From an uncultured Acidobacteriota bacterium (GTDB lineage Bacteria; Acidobacteriota; JAQAZP01), in assembly GCA_963836075.1 (NCBI GenBank), contig CAWIIB010000001.1, positions 1,344,001-1,408,000 of the forward strand: a stretch of DNA of 64,000 nucleotides. Direction: 5' to 3'. The notes below the pieces were generated by a model. The model was not told where the DNA came from, made no database searches, and saw nothing but the letters and a program-made list of their open reading frames with translations. The first letter of the stretch is position 1; every line of letters starts with the position of its first letter. Both the position numbers and the translations under genes were made by a program. Of this stretch, positions 18,561 to 28,157 are shown piece after piece.

Positions 18561-20210
18561 CTATGTATTGATCCTGCAATAACAGGAAGCCTTGATCTCC
18601 AGGTCGGAGTCGGACCAGACCTGGCGGAACCTCTTGTCCGCCTCGGTGGCCTCGGCAGGGCGGCCGCTGCGGGCCAGGCATTCGGCCAGGCCGTGCAGCG
18701 ACCAGCCGTTCTCCGGGTGCAGGCGCAGGTCCTGGCGGTAGACCGCCTCAGCCTCCTCCACCCGCCCCTGCTCCAGTAGCAACGCCCCCAGGGCGTGCCG
18801 CACCGGCTCCATCCAGCCCCAGGGCTCGTCGTAGATCAGGGCGTCGTCGCGCCGCACGGCCTCACGCAGCAGGTCAAACGCCTGGTCGTAGTTCCCCCGG
18901 CGGTATTCCAGCTCGCCCTCGGCAAAGGGACGGGCCACTTCCAGCACCACCCGGGCGGTGTTGTTTCCGATCAAGTACTCCTCGGGCACCCGGCGGTAGG
19001 CCTTGTCGAACTTGCGCAGCTCGCGCTTCGATTTGCGTACCTCGCCGGTGGCGGCAAAAGCCACGCTGCGGGCGTAGTGCCAGAAGGCCGTGGTCACCGG
19101 AAGGTCCTTTGGCGGTGCCGGTTCGTCGATCAGTTCCTGCCACAGGCCGAAACGGATCATCACGTGCAGCGGCGTGGCCATGAACCCGTCGAGGAACTCG
19201 GGGTAGGCCCGCACCAGTTCCATGGGCACCTCCTGGACCAGTTCCCGGGCCGCGTTCATCGCCAGGCCTTTCTGCCCGGTGAACATGGCGGCGTAGGTCA
19301 GGAAGTGGTAGTTGTGGGCGCGGTACAGGGTGTAAAACCCGTCGTGCCCGGCCTGCCTCACATAACGCAGGTCCGACTCGATCCCCTGCTGGTTGGCGGT
19401 CACCGCCTTTTTGTAATGCCCCAGGCGGATGTCGATGTGGGACGGCATGTGGACCAGGTGCCCGGCACCGGGCACCAGATCGCGCAGGCGGTCGGCCGCA
19501 GCCTGAGCCCGGGCCGGATCTGGGGATGCCTCGCAGGTGTGGATGTAGAAGTGGTTGGCCCCGGGATGTTCAGGTGCCATGGCCAGCACCGTGTCCAGGG
19601 TCTGGAGGATCTCGGGGGTCTCGGGCCTCGGCTCCCCCTCAGTGGACCAGAGATCCCAGGGCCGGAGGTCCATCAGCGCCTCGGCGAAGAGGGATCCCAC
19701 GTCCGGGTCACCGGGATGCCGCTGCCAGACCTCGCGCATGGCGCCGGCGTACGCCTTGTCCAAAGTGGTTCGGTCGGCGGATGGCTGCTCCTCGTAGCGC
19801 TGGGACAGCGCCCCGACCAGGTCACGTTCCACCGCCGTGCCGGCGGCCGCTGTGGCCTGGGCCTTTTTCAGCGCCGTCCACGCCCGTTCCACAGCCGCGG
19901 CGTCCATCTCCATATTGTTGACGTGCGGGCCGCTGGCCAAGGCAATGCCCCACCAGGCCATGGCGCACTCCGGGTCCAGCCTGGCCGCCTCGCGGAACGA
20001 GGCGATGGCGGCCTCGTGGTTGAACCCCCAGCACATCACCAGCCCCTGGTCGAACCAGCGCTGGGCCTCCGCCGAACTGGTGGTCACCTCCCGGTGATAG
20101 CTGCCCAGGTCGTCAAACCGCGGAGCGGCCCCCACCGGACCGACAACACCGGACAGAAACGTAAAGCCAAGTATCCAAAACCGAACAGCCAGAACTCGTG
20201 GAGTCAACAT
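18561..20210 (-). CDS. Exported TPR-containing protein of unknown function
   Basis: Signal peptide; AQRWFDQGL..WGFNH, HPGANHFYIH, GHLVHMPSHI, YDEPWGW, PENGWSL; GGAG RBS. Confidence 0.75.
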   Translation of the reverse strand: MLTPRVLAVRFWILGFTFLSGVVGPVGAAPRFDDLGSYHREVTTSSAEAQRWFDQGLVMCWGFNHEAAIASFREAARLDPECAMAWWGIALASGPHVNNMEMDAAAVERAWTALKKAQATAAAGTAVERDLVGALSQRYEEQPSADRTTLDKAYAGAMREVWQRHPGDPDVGSLFAEALMDLRPWDLWSTEGEPRPETPEILQTLDTVLAMAPEHPGANHFYIHTCEASPDPARAQAAADRLRDLVPGAGHLVHMPSHIDIRLGHYKKAVTANQQGIESDLRYVRQAGHDGFYTLYRAHNYHFLTYAAMFTGQKGLAMNAARELVQEVPMELVRAYPEFLDGFMATPLHVMIRFGLWQELIDEPAPPKDLPVTTAFWHYARSVAFAATGEVRKSKRELRKFDKAYRRVPEEYLIGNNTARVVLEVARPFAEGELEYRRGNYDQAFDLLREAVRRDDALIYDEPWGWMEPVRHALGALLLEQGRVEEAEAVYRQDLRLHPENGWSLHGLAECLARSGRPAEATEADKRFRQVWSDSDLEIKASCYCRINT

Positions 20211-20550
20211 AGTCTGCTCCTTTTGTATCGAGGCCCGCCGGGGACCCGGGTGCATTCAGGATCGACGCCGATGGCGTGCAACGCCCCTCCATATAGTAGA
20301 TAGTTTTTGTCGATTATGTCAATAGCCATACTCCGGCAAGGATTTTGCAGATTAAGTGATGGAAAGCGTTTGGCAACGGCCGCTTCCCAGGTGAAATCGG
20401 ATAGAGACCGCACTGCTGAACCTCCCCGGTATCAGGAATTACCTGCATTGAGATCTGACCGGTGGGCGGACAGCTGTCGATGAAAACCTTCCGCGGTCCG
20501 GACCGGGCGTTTTCAATCCTGTAATCGGCAGGACAAAATTGGTCAGAAAA

Positions 20551-21216
20551 ATGAGCCAGGCCGACGCCGAACAGACCATGGTGCCGCTCGGTCAGCAACC
20601 GGAAGTGAAAATTCTGGTTGTGGAAGACGACACCAGTGTGGCCACCGTACTTCAGACCCGACTGGAAAGCTTCGGCTACCGGATCTGCGGCGTGGTCAGC
20701 AGCGGGGCCGAAGCCATCGATGCGGCCTTTCGCCGCCACCCCGACCTGGTGCTGATGGATATTCTCCTCGAAGGGAGGATGAACGGCATCGAGGCGGCGC
20801 ACGAGATCAGCAGCCGCAGCGACGTGCCGATCATCTTCCTTTCCTGCCTGGGAGAACGAGACGTGATCGACAGCGCCATCCGGACCAACCCTTACGGCTA
20901 CATGGTCAAGCCCTACGATAACAACGAGCTCCGCTCGGCCATCGAGATCGCCCTGGTCCGGCACCGGGCGTCACGGGAGCAGGAGCGGCTCGTACAGCAG
21001 CTGGAGAAGACCTTGCTCGAGGTGAAGAAGTTGACCGGGCTGCTGCCCATCTGCGCCTCGTGCAAGAAGATTCGCGACGGCGAGGACCACTGGCATCAGA
21101 TCGAGGAGTATATTTCGGACCGCTCGGAAGTCGATTTCACCCACGGGCTCTGCCCGCAGTGCCTCCGCGAATACTACCCTGAGCTGTTCAACGGGCAGGA
21201 AGAGCGTTCTGATTGA
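20551..21216 (+). CDS. Response regulator with C-terminal CxxC...CxxC domain
   Basis: ILVVED, DLVLMD, KP receiver motifs; LPICASCKKIRD...THGLCPQC tail. Confidence 0.88.
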   Translation: MSQADAEQTMVPLGQQPEVKILVVEDDTSVATVLQTRLESFGYRICGVVSSGAEAIDAAFRRHPDLVLMDILLEGRMNGIEAAHEISSRSDVPIIFLSCLGERDVIDSAIRTNPYGYMVKPYDNNELRSAIEIALVRHRASREQERLVQQLEKTLLEVKKLTGLLPICASCKKIRDGEDHWHQIEEYISDRSEVDFTHGLCPQCLREYYPELFNGQEERSD

Positions 21217-21235
21217 CCGGCGGTGACAAAGGAAA

Positions 21236-21259
21236 ACAGGCGCCCCGCGGGGCGCCTGT
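21236..21259 (-). terminator. Rho-independent terminator
   Basis: Perfect 24-bp palindrome ACAGGCGCCCCGCGGGGCGCCTGT followed by TTTCCTTT on the minus strand. Confidence 0.7.
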
Positions 21260-21262
21260 CCA

Positions 21263-21455
21263 TCAAGGTGTGCTTGTAGGCCACCTTGTCGACGAAGGGG
21301 ATCAGGATGTGCAGGCCGGCCACCAGGGCGGCCTGGAACTTGCCCAGCCGTTCGACGATGAACGCCGACTTCTGGGGCACGATGCGGATGGTCCGGACAA
21401 AGATGATGAAGACCAGGAAGATGATTCCAATCAGAATGATTGTTCCCACGCCCAT
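21263..21455 (-). pseudogene. Truncated SPFH/stomatin (paraslipin-like) gene, N-terminal ~64 codons only
   Basis: TM helix then IRIVPQKSAFIVERLGKF...GLHILIPFVDKVAYKHTL; similarity stops abruptly at the terminator; follows nfeD; strong AAGGAGG RBS. Confidence 0.8.
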
Positions 21456-21477
21456 GACGAGTCCTCCTTCCATATGA

Positions 21478-21939
21478 TCAGTCGATCATGCGTACTTTCA
21501 GGGTCAGGTTACTCTTGCCCACCACTTCCATCTGGGCCCCCTCGGGGATCTCCTCCTCCGCCCCGGCGTCCCACTGGCTGCCGTTGAACTCCACCCGACC
21601 GGGCCTGTTGGGTTTGATCTCCCGGATCACCGTGGCCCGCCCGCCAGTGAAATCGTCCATTTTCTCGGCGGTGTTCTGTCTGAACCCCACATGGCCGATG
21701 AAAGTCTTGCTCAACCAGTGGCGCAGCGCCACCAACAACAGCGTGGAAGAGACGAGGAAAATCAGCAGCTGCACGTTGATCGAAATGTCAAAGAAGATGC
21801 AGAGCAGGGCCACGATGAAGGCGCCCACGCCAAAGAAAAAGATGATCAGCCCCGGGACGATGAACTCGAGGAGCAGCATCGCCAGCCCGGCGATGAACCA
21901 GATCAGTTCCGGTTTCAGCCAATCCTTCAGACTGTCCAT
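21478..21939 (-). CDS. NfeD family protein (short form)
   Basis: W...GLAMLLLEFIVPG TM region, GRVEFNGSQWDA OB fold; upstream of SPFH gene. Confidence 0.88.
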   Translation of the reverse strand: MDSLKDWLKPELIWFIAGLAMLLLEFIVPGLIIFFFGVGAFIVALLCIFFDISINVQLLIFLVSSTLLLVALRHWLSKTFIGHVGFRQNTAEKMDDFTGGRATVIREIKPNRPGRVEFNGSQWDAGAEEEIPEGAQMEVVGKSNLTLKVRMID

Positions 21940-22233
21940 CTCTCGCTCCCTTCGCGATATCCGGGCCGCCCCTTTCGGCGCCCCGGTCGGTTTCTCGACT
22001 GTCCGATGAACCGGTTACCGTGTCTCTATTCAGGTTTACGCACCGGCGCACTGTCTATCCGCCCGGCCGGTTGATGGTGAAGAAATCTTTTGATGGGTCC
22101 GTGTAGCCAATCGTGCAGGGAGCATCAAGCACCGGGCGGTTTGCCTTTTCCACTCGCCCGGCTATCATTAATCAGTGACACTCATCAGTTGTGTTGACGG
22201 CAGGGCTTGAAAAATACTGAAGGAGCAGATTCA

Positions 22234-23103
22234 ATGACCGGCAGTGCGGACAACGTGCTCAGCGTGAAACTGGGCCAGTTCAAAGTGAGCCTGATCTGTG
22301 ACGGGCACTACCGTCTGGACGGCGGGGCGATGTTCGGCGTGGTGCCGAAACCGGTCTGGGCCAAACGGATGGAGGCCGACGAGCAGAACCGGATCAGAAT
22401 GGGCCTGAATGCCCTGCTGGTGCAGACCGGGCAGGAAAACATCCTCGTGGAAGCGGGGCTGGGAACCTTCTCCGACGAGAAGCTGCGGCAGCAGATCGCC
22501 CTGGAGCAGCCCTCCACCATCCTCGACGGCCTGGACACGCTGGGTGTGAGGCCGGAGGACATTCAGCACGTGGTGCTGACCCACCTCAACTTCGACCATG
22601 CCGGGCACTGCACCACCAGGGACGAGGACGGTCTGTTCCGTCCCACCTTCCCCGCGGCGCGCTACCATGTGCAGAAATCCGAGTATGACTTTGCCGTGGA
22701 CCCGCCGCGGCGGCTGCAGGCCTCGTACATCCCCCACTCGATCCTGCCGGTGATGGAAGCCGGACAGTGGGACCTGCTGGAAGGCGACGGAGCGATCACC
22801 CGCGGGGTGCGGGTCAGGCACACCGGCGGCCACACCGCCGGCCACCAGGCGGTCTACATCGAGAGCGAGGGAGAGGAACTTGTTTTCTGGGGTGACCTGA
22901 TGCCCACCAGCCGGCACATGGACCCCGGTTACGGCATGGCCTACGACCTTTACCCCATGGACACACTGCGGGTGCGGGCGGAGCTGGCTGAAGACGCCGT
23001 TACCCGCGGGCTGCTTTCGGCCTGGGTCCACGAGCCCGAACTGCGTTTCGGCCGGATCCGGCGTGGTGAGAAGTATTACGAGATCGAGACCGTCACCGGG
23101 TGA
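22234..23103 (+). CDS. MBL-fold metallo-hydrolase (YtnP-like)
   Basis: LDGGAMFGVVPK, THLNFDHAG, TGGHTAGHQ, GDLMP, MAYDLYP; AAGGAG RBS. Confidence 0.88.
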   Translation: MTGSADNVLSVKLGQFKVSLICDGHYRLDGGAMFGVVPKPVWAKRMEADEQNRIRMGLNALLVQTGQENILVEAGLGTFSDEKLRQQIALEQPSTILDGLDTLGVRPEDIQHVVLTHLNFDHAGHCTTRDEDGLFRPTFPAARYHVQKSEYDFAVDPPRRLQASYIPHSILPVMEAGQWDLLEGDGAITRGVRVRHTGGHTAGHQAVYIESEGEELVFWGDLMPTSRHMDPGYGMAYDLYPMDTLRVRAELAEDAVTRGLLSAWVHEPELRFGRIRRGEKYYEIETVTG

Positions 23104-25388
23104 CCATGACCAAGCGGACTGGAACAATGGAGGCAGTGGCCAACCCCTGGCTGGACAGCTGGCCCCGGGCCGTTTTGATCGTGCTGCTCACCCTGCTGGT
23201 CTACGTGCCGGCCATCACCGGCGGCTATGTCTGGGACGATGACTTCTATGTCACCGGCAACGCCACCCTGCGCTCTGCCGAGGGGCTCAAGCGGATCTGG
23301 ACCGAGCCGGGCGCCGTGCCCCAGTACTACCCGCTGGTCCACACCGGGTTCTGGCTCGAGTATCACCTCTGGGAGCTGGACCCCTACGGCTACCACCTGG
23401 TGAACGTCCTGCTCCACGCCTTTGGCGCGGTGCTGCTCTGGCTCCTGCTCCGCCGGCTGGCCCTCCCCGGGGCCTGGTTCGCCGCCATGATCTTCGCCCT
23501 CCACCCGATAAACGTGGAGTCGGTGGCCTGGATCACCGAACGGAAGAACGTGCTCTCCGGGCTCTTCTATTTCGCCTCGATGCTGGCCTATCTCCGCTGG
23601 GCCGGGATCGGGGAACAACCCGCGCCCGGCCCGGCAAAAGCTCCCCGCCGGGGACGCCCCGAAATGCCGGGCTGGCCGCTCTACGCCGCATCCCTGGCGC
23701 TCTTCCTCTGTGCCCTGCTCAGCAAGTCGGTGACCCTGACCATGCCGGCGGCCGTGCTCCTGCTGCTCTGGTGGAAGCGGGGCCGGGTCGGCGGGAAGGA
23801 CATTCTGCCCCTGCTGCCCTTCTTTGCCGCGGGTATCGCCTCGGGCCTGCTCACGCTCTGGATGGAGGTGACCCATGTGGGGGCCAGCGGGGCCGAGTGG
23901 TCGCTGACCCTGCTGCAGCGACTGCTGCTGGCCGGACGGATTCTGTGGTTCTACGCCTGGAAGATCTTCTGGCCAGCCCAACAGTGTTTCATCTATCCCC
24001 GCTGGGAAATAGATGCTGGTGCCTGGTGGCAGTATCTTTTTCCTGCCGGGGCCGTCTTCGCGCTGGTCTTCTTCTGGCTGATGCGGCGCCGCCTGGGACG
24101 GGGGCCGCTGACTGCCCTGCTCTTTTTCGCCGTCACACTGTCGCCGGCCCTGGGCTTCTTCAACGTCTACCCCATGCGCTACAGCTGGGTGGCCGACCAC
24201 TTCCAGTACCTGGCCGGAATCGGGCTGGTGGTCCTGGCCTGCAGCTGGGCCGCATCGCGTCTCGCCGGAGCCGGCAGCGGAGCCCGGCGTCTCATGGCCA
24301 TTGCCGGGCTGGTCCTGCTGGCCGTCCTCGGCACCCTCTCCTGGCGTCAGGGACACGCCTATGCCGACCGGGAAACCCTCTGGCGCGACACGCTGGTCAA
24401 GAACCCCGACGCCTGGATCGCCCACAACAACCTGGCCGGGCTGCTCACCGAGTCGGGCCGCTACGCCGAAGCCATCGAGCACTACACCGATACGCTGCGC
24501 CTGCGGCCCGACGACCCGGACGTCCACGCCAACCTCGGTCTGACCCTGGCCGGAACCGGAAACCTGGACGCGGCGGCGGCGGAATACCGGCTGGCCCTCG
24601 ACGCGCAGCCGGACAGCGCCGAGCTGCACGCCCGGCTGGCCGAACTGGAAGACGAGCGGGGCAACCTGGAGCAGGTCGTGGAACACTACCGGGAGGCGCT
24701 GCGCATCGAACCGGGAAATGCCCCGCGGCACACCCGCCTGGGGGTGGCACTGGCCGGGCTGGGCCGCACCGCTGAGGCCATTGCCGAATACCGGCAGGCC
24801 CTGAATCTCGACCCCACCCTGGCCGACGCCCACAACAACCTGGGGGCGTCGTTGGCCGACATGGGACAGATACCCGAAGCCGTGGCCCAGTATCTGGAGG
24901 CGCTGCGCCTCGATCCCGATTCAGCCGATGCCCGGGTCAACCTGGGCAACGTGCGGGTGGGCCAGGAACGGCTGGACGAAGCCGTGGCCCTCTACCGGGA
25001 AGCACTGGCCATCAATCCGCAACTGGCCGACGCGCACAACAACCTCGGCTTTGTCACCGCGCTTCAGGGCCGCCTGGAAGAAGCGGTGGAGTATTACCAG
25101 CGCGCGTTGAGGTTGCGCCCCGATTTTGTCAGCGCGCTGAACAACCAGGGCAATGCCCTGGCCGCCCTCGGTTTCCTGGAGCCGGCGGCGGCCAGTTTTT
25201 CCCGGGCCGTGGAGCTCCAGCCCGAATCGGCGGACATCCGCTACAATCTGGCCATGGCCCTGGCCCGCCTCGGCCGGCAGGAGTCCGCCGCAGAACAATT
25301 CCGGGAGGTGCTGCGTATCAATCCGGGTGACGGGCAGGCTCGGGCCATGCTGCACCGGCTGGAGCACGGACCACCCTTCGGGGGCTGA
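23100..25388 (+). CDS. TMTC-like membrane protein (GT-C fold) with C-terminal TPR array
   Basis: YVWDD, YYPL, YHLVNVLLH, FALHPINVESVAWITERKN, LLSK, VADHFQYL; multiple HNNLG TPRs. Confidence 0.82.
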   Translation: MTMTKRTGTMEAVANPWLDSWPRAVLIVLLTLLVYVPAITGGYVWDDDFYVTGNATLRSAEGLKRIWTEPGAVPQYYPLVHTGFWLEYHLWELDPYGYHLVNVLLHAFGAVLLWLLLRRLALPGAWFAAMIFALHPINVESVAWITERKNVLSGLFYFASMLAYLRWAGIGEQPAPGPAKAPRRGRPEMPGWPLYAASLALFLCALLSKSVTLTMPAAVLLLLWWKRGRVGGKDILPLLPFFAAGIASGLLTLWMEVTHVGASGAEWSLTLLQRLLLAGRILWFYAWKIFWPAQQCFIYPRWEIDAGAWWQYLFPAGAVFALVFFWLMRRRLGRGPLTALLFFAVTLSPALGFFNVYPMRYSWVADHFQYLAGIGLVVLACSWAASRLAGAGSGARRLMAIAGLVLLAVLGTLSWRQGHAYADRETLWRDTLVKNPDAWIAHNNLAGLLTESGRYAEAIEHYTDTLRLRPDDPDVHANLGLTLAGTGNLDAAAAEYRLALDAQPDSAELHARLAELEDERGNLEQVVEHYREALRIEPGNAPRHTRLGVALAGLGRTAEAIAEYRQALNLDPTLADAHNNLGASLADMGQIPEAVAQYLEALRLDPDSADARVNLGNVRVGQERLDEAVALYREALAINPQLADAHNNLGFVTALQGRLEEAVEYYQRALRLRPDFVSALNNQGNALAALGFLEPAAASFSRAVELQPESADIRYNLAMALARLGRQESAAEQFREVLRINPGDGQARAMLHRLEHGPPFGG

Positions 25389-25409
25389 GATGAACAAGGA
25401 GGTCGGCAC

Positions 25410-26213
25410 ATGACACGCACGGGCGGTACCATCTGGGTCATTCTGGGCATCGTTGCGGCGATCCTGTTGATGCTGGGCCTGATCTACGGCCCGGACCTCT
25501 ACCGCAAGGGTGAATCCATCGTGGCCCCGATCATGCAGTTGACCAAGCTGGATGAGTCGGTGAACGAGCTGGACGCCGCCCTGCCCTTCACACCGCCGGA
25601 CAACGGGGTGGCCAGCGAAGAGCGGTTGCTGGTGTTTCTCGAGGTGCGCCGGCAGCTGGTACCGCACTATGAGGAATGGCTGGCCATCGAGAAGCAGATC
25701 GAGCGGAGCGGAGAGGAGAATTTCGAAACCGCCGGGCAGGTGCTGGGCAGCGTGACCGATGTCTTCGACGCCCAGATCGACACCCTCCGCGGTCTGGGCA
25801 TGTCGCCGGCCGAGTTTCGCTGGTACGAGTTCGCCGTCTATGACGGCTGGCTGGACGAGGTGGAGCTGATGGATGTCACCGGTTCCTCGCTGGCCAATAC
25901 CGGTGAGATCAGCGACATGACCAGAGGCGATCTGGAATTCGTCGATCTGCAGATCTCCCGGCACGGTTCCTCCCCGGCCCTCGCCGCCGTGCGTCAGCGG
26001 CTGGCCGCCCGTCTGGACACCATGGACAACCCGGCCGCCCCGGAAATCGAGGGGGTCGCCATGGAGAACAGTGCGCTCTTCTGGCGGCACCGCGAATCCA
26101 TCGCCCGGCTGAAACTCGATCAGCACAATGACATTCACTCCCGCCTCCGCGAAGGAAAAGACGGAGTGCACATCAACATCAACCGGCCGGCGAAAGCGGA
26201 CGACAGCCAGTAG
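25410..26213 (+). CDS. Hypothetical membrane-anchored protein
   Basis: AAGGAGG RBS, N-terminal TM helix, GC3-rich codons. Confidence 0.65.
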   Translation: MTRTGGTIWVILGIVAAILLMLGLIYGPDLYRKGESIVAPIMQLTKLDESVNELDAALPFTPPDNGVASEERLLVFLEVRRQLVPHYEEWLAIEKQIERSGEENFETAGQVLGSVTDVFDAQIDTLRGLGMSPAEFRWYEFAVYDGWLDEVELMDVTGSSLANTGEISDMTRGDLEFVDLQISRHGSSPALAAVRQRLAARLDTMDNPAAPEIEGVAMENSALFWRHRESIARLKLDQHNDIHSRLREGKDGVHININRPAKADDSQ

Positions 26214-26358
26214 CGCCGCCCTCGGTCAACAAAAAATTCATTCGCGATTTCCCTTCACGACAAACACGTCTTTGCCGATAACTGTACCGGGACAGGGTAC
26301 GGCCGGAACGGTGTTTGCTGCCCGGCCGCCCCGGACGGCCCGTCTGGAGGGAGAGGTC

Positions 26359-28068
26359 ATGAAACCCCGTCGAGATGGCGAATTGAGCCTGCGCCGCTAC
26401 ACACTGCAGGCCCTCAGTCTTCTGGTGGTCCTGCCCTTCCTCACCCTGCTCTACGTCTTCCGCGAGCACCTGGAGGGCAAGGTGCCGGTGCTCCTCCTGG
26501 TGGTAGTCCTCTCCCTGCTCGGTTTCTACCTGCTGTGGGTCCTGATCCGCTCGATCACCAGGCTGCAGCGGGGGCTGGAAAAACTCTCCCGGGGCGAATC
26601 CAACTCGATCAGGATGGACGGTGGACCGTCCCAGCTGCGCGAGATGGCCGAGATCATCACCGCCCTGAACCAGTTGACCATCGACTTCCGGGAGAACGCA
26701 CAGCAGTTGGAGCACTTCATCGACCAGTTCGCCACCCTGGCCGAAATCACCGAATTCACCGCCCGGATACCCGACATCGGCAAACTGCTGCAACTGATCC
26801 TGTCCAAGGCGGTATCCGCCTCCGGTGCGCGCAGAGGATCCGTGCTGCTGCTGCGGGACAACGGCGAAGAAATGGAGATCGTGGCCCATGAGGGGTGGAA
26901 TCTGACCGATCGTGGCAACAGAACGGTGCGCTTGAAGGGATCGGTGGCCGAAAAAGTGATCAGCACCAGCAATCCGCTGCTGGTAAAACACCTGGACCAG
27001 GAGCAGGAACTCCCCCGGACCAACGATTCCGCGACCTATTCCTCGCCGTCCTTCCTGATCATGCCTCTGAAAACCAACAGCGGCACGGTGGGCGCGGTCT
27101 GCCTCTCCGACAAACAGGGCAACGCCCCGTTCACCACCCAGGACCAGCAGTTCCTCACCGTCCTGCTGGGCCAGGTGGGATATGCCGTGGAAAACGCCCG
27201 CCTGCTCAAACAGGCCCGCGAAGCGGCCCACAATCTCAGCCAGACGGTGCACGAACAGGAACTGGAAATCGAGGAAGCACACCACCAGATCCTGCAGTCG
27301 CAGAAACTCTCAGCTCTGGGGCATCTGGCCGGCGGGCTGGCCCACGATTTCAACAATATGCTGCAAGCCATTCTGGGACACACCGCCATCGCCCAGCGAG
27401 GGCTGGAGCATGACCCGCGGCGCAGTGCCGCGCTGGACCATGTCTGCCAGGCGGCCGAACGGGCCGGCGCGCTGATCGGTCAAATGCTGGCCTTTGGCCG
27501 GCGACAGACCCTCCAGACCCGGGTGCTGGGTCTGAACAGCGTGGTGGAAGACCTGATGGAAATGATGGAGCACCTGATCGGCTCCAGCGCGGCGATCGAA
27601 CTGACCATGGACCTGGATCCCGATCCCGGCAAGGTCAATGCCGATCCGCAGCAGGTGGAGCAGGTGCTGATGAACCTCTGCCTCAACGCCCGCGATGCCA
27701 TGCCCGACGGCGGCCGGCTGATCATTCGCACCGGGACAGCGGACCTGGACCGCATTTTTTGCGAACGCCACCCCTGGGCCCACACCGGAACATTCTCTTT
27801 CTTCTCGGTCAGTGACACCGGCTGCGGCATGGACGACGACACGCGCCACCATATCTTCGAGCCGTTTTTCACCACCAAGGACCCGGGACGGGGCACCGGT
27901 CTCGGCCTCTCCACGGCCTACGGGGTGATTAAACAGCACGGCGGGATGATCGACGTGGAGAGCGCTCCCGGCAAAGGAACGACGTTTACGGTCTATTTGC
28001 CGCTGACCAACCGGCCCGCGGAAGTCTTGGAGACTCCCGATGGCCGACCCGCTTTGACGGCCAGCTGA
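26359..28068 (+). CDS. Sensor histidine kinase (2 TM, HAMP-like, GAF, HisKA, HATPase)
   Basis: GLAHDFNN H-box, [33 protein letters not shown]. Confidence 0.92.
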   Translation: MKPRRDGELSLRRYTLQALSLLVVLPFLTLLYVFREHLEGKVPVLLLVVVLSLLGFYLLWVLIRSITRLQRGLEKLSRGESNSIRMDGGPSQLREMAEIITALNQLTIDFRENAQQLEHFIDQFATLAEITEFTARIPDIGKLLQLILSKAVSASGARRGSVLLLRDNGEEMEIVAHEGWNLTDRGNRTVRLKGSVAEKVISTSNPLLVKHLDQEQELPRTNDSATYSSPSFLIMPLKTNSGTVGAVCLSDKQGNAPFTTQDQQFLTVLLGQVGYAVENARLLKQAREAAHNLSQTVHEQELEIEEAHHQILQSQKLSALGHLAGGLAHDFNNMLQAILGHTAIAQRGLEHDPRRSAALDHVCQAAERAGALIGQMLAFGRRQTLQTRVLGLNSVVEDLMEMMEHLIGSSAAIELTMDLDPDPGKVNADPQQVEQVLMNLCLNARDAMPDGGRLIIRTGTADLDRIFCERHPWAHTGTFSFFSVSDTGCGMDDDTRHHIFEPFFTTKDPGRGTGLGLSTAYGVIKQHGGMIDVESAPGKGTTFTVYLPLTNRPAEVLETPDGRPALTAS

Positions 28069-28157
28069 CCTGGTCCTCTCCTCCACCAGGCCCCCCTTCT
28101 GTTGTAAACTTTACCGGTAGGCCGCCGGCACGCACCGGCCCAGACCACCACGTCACC

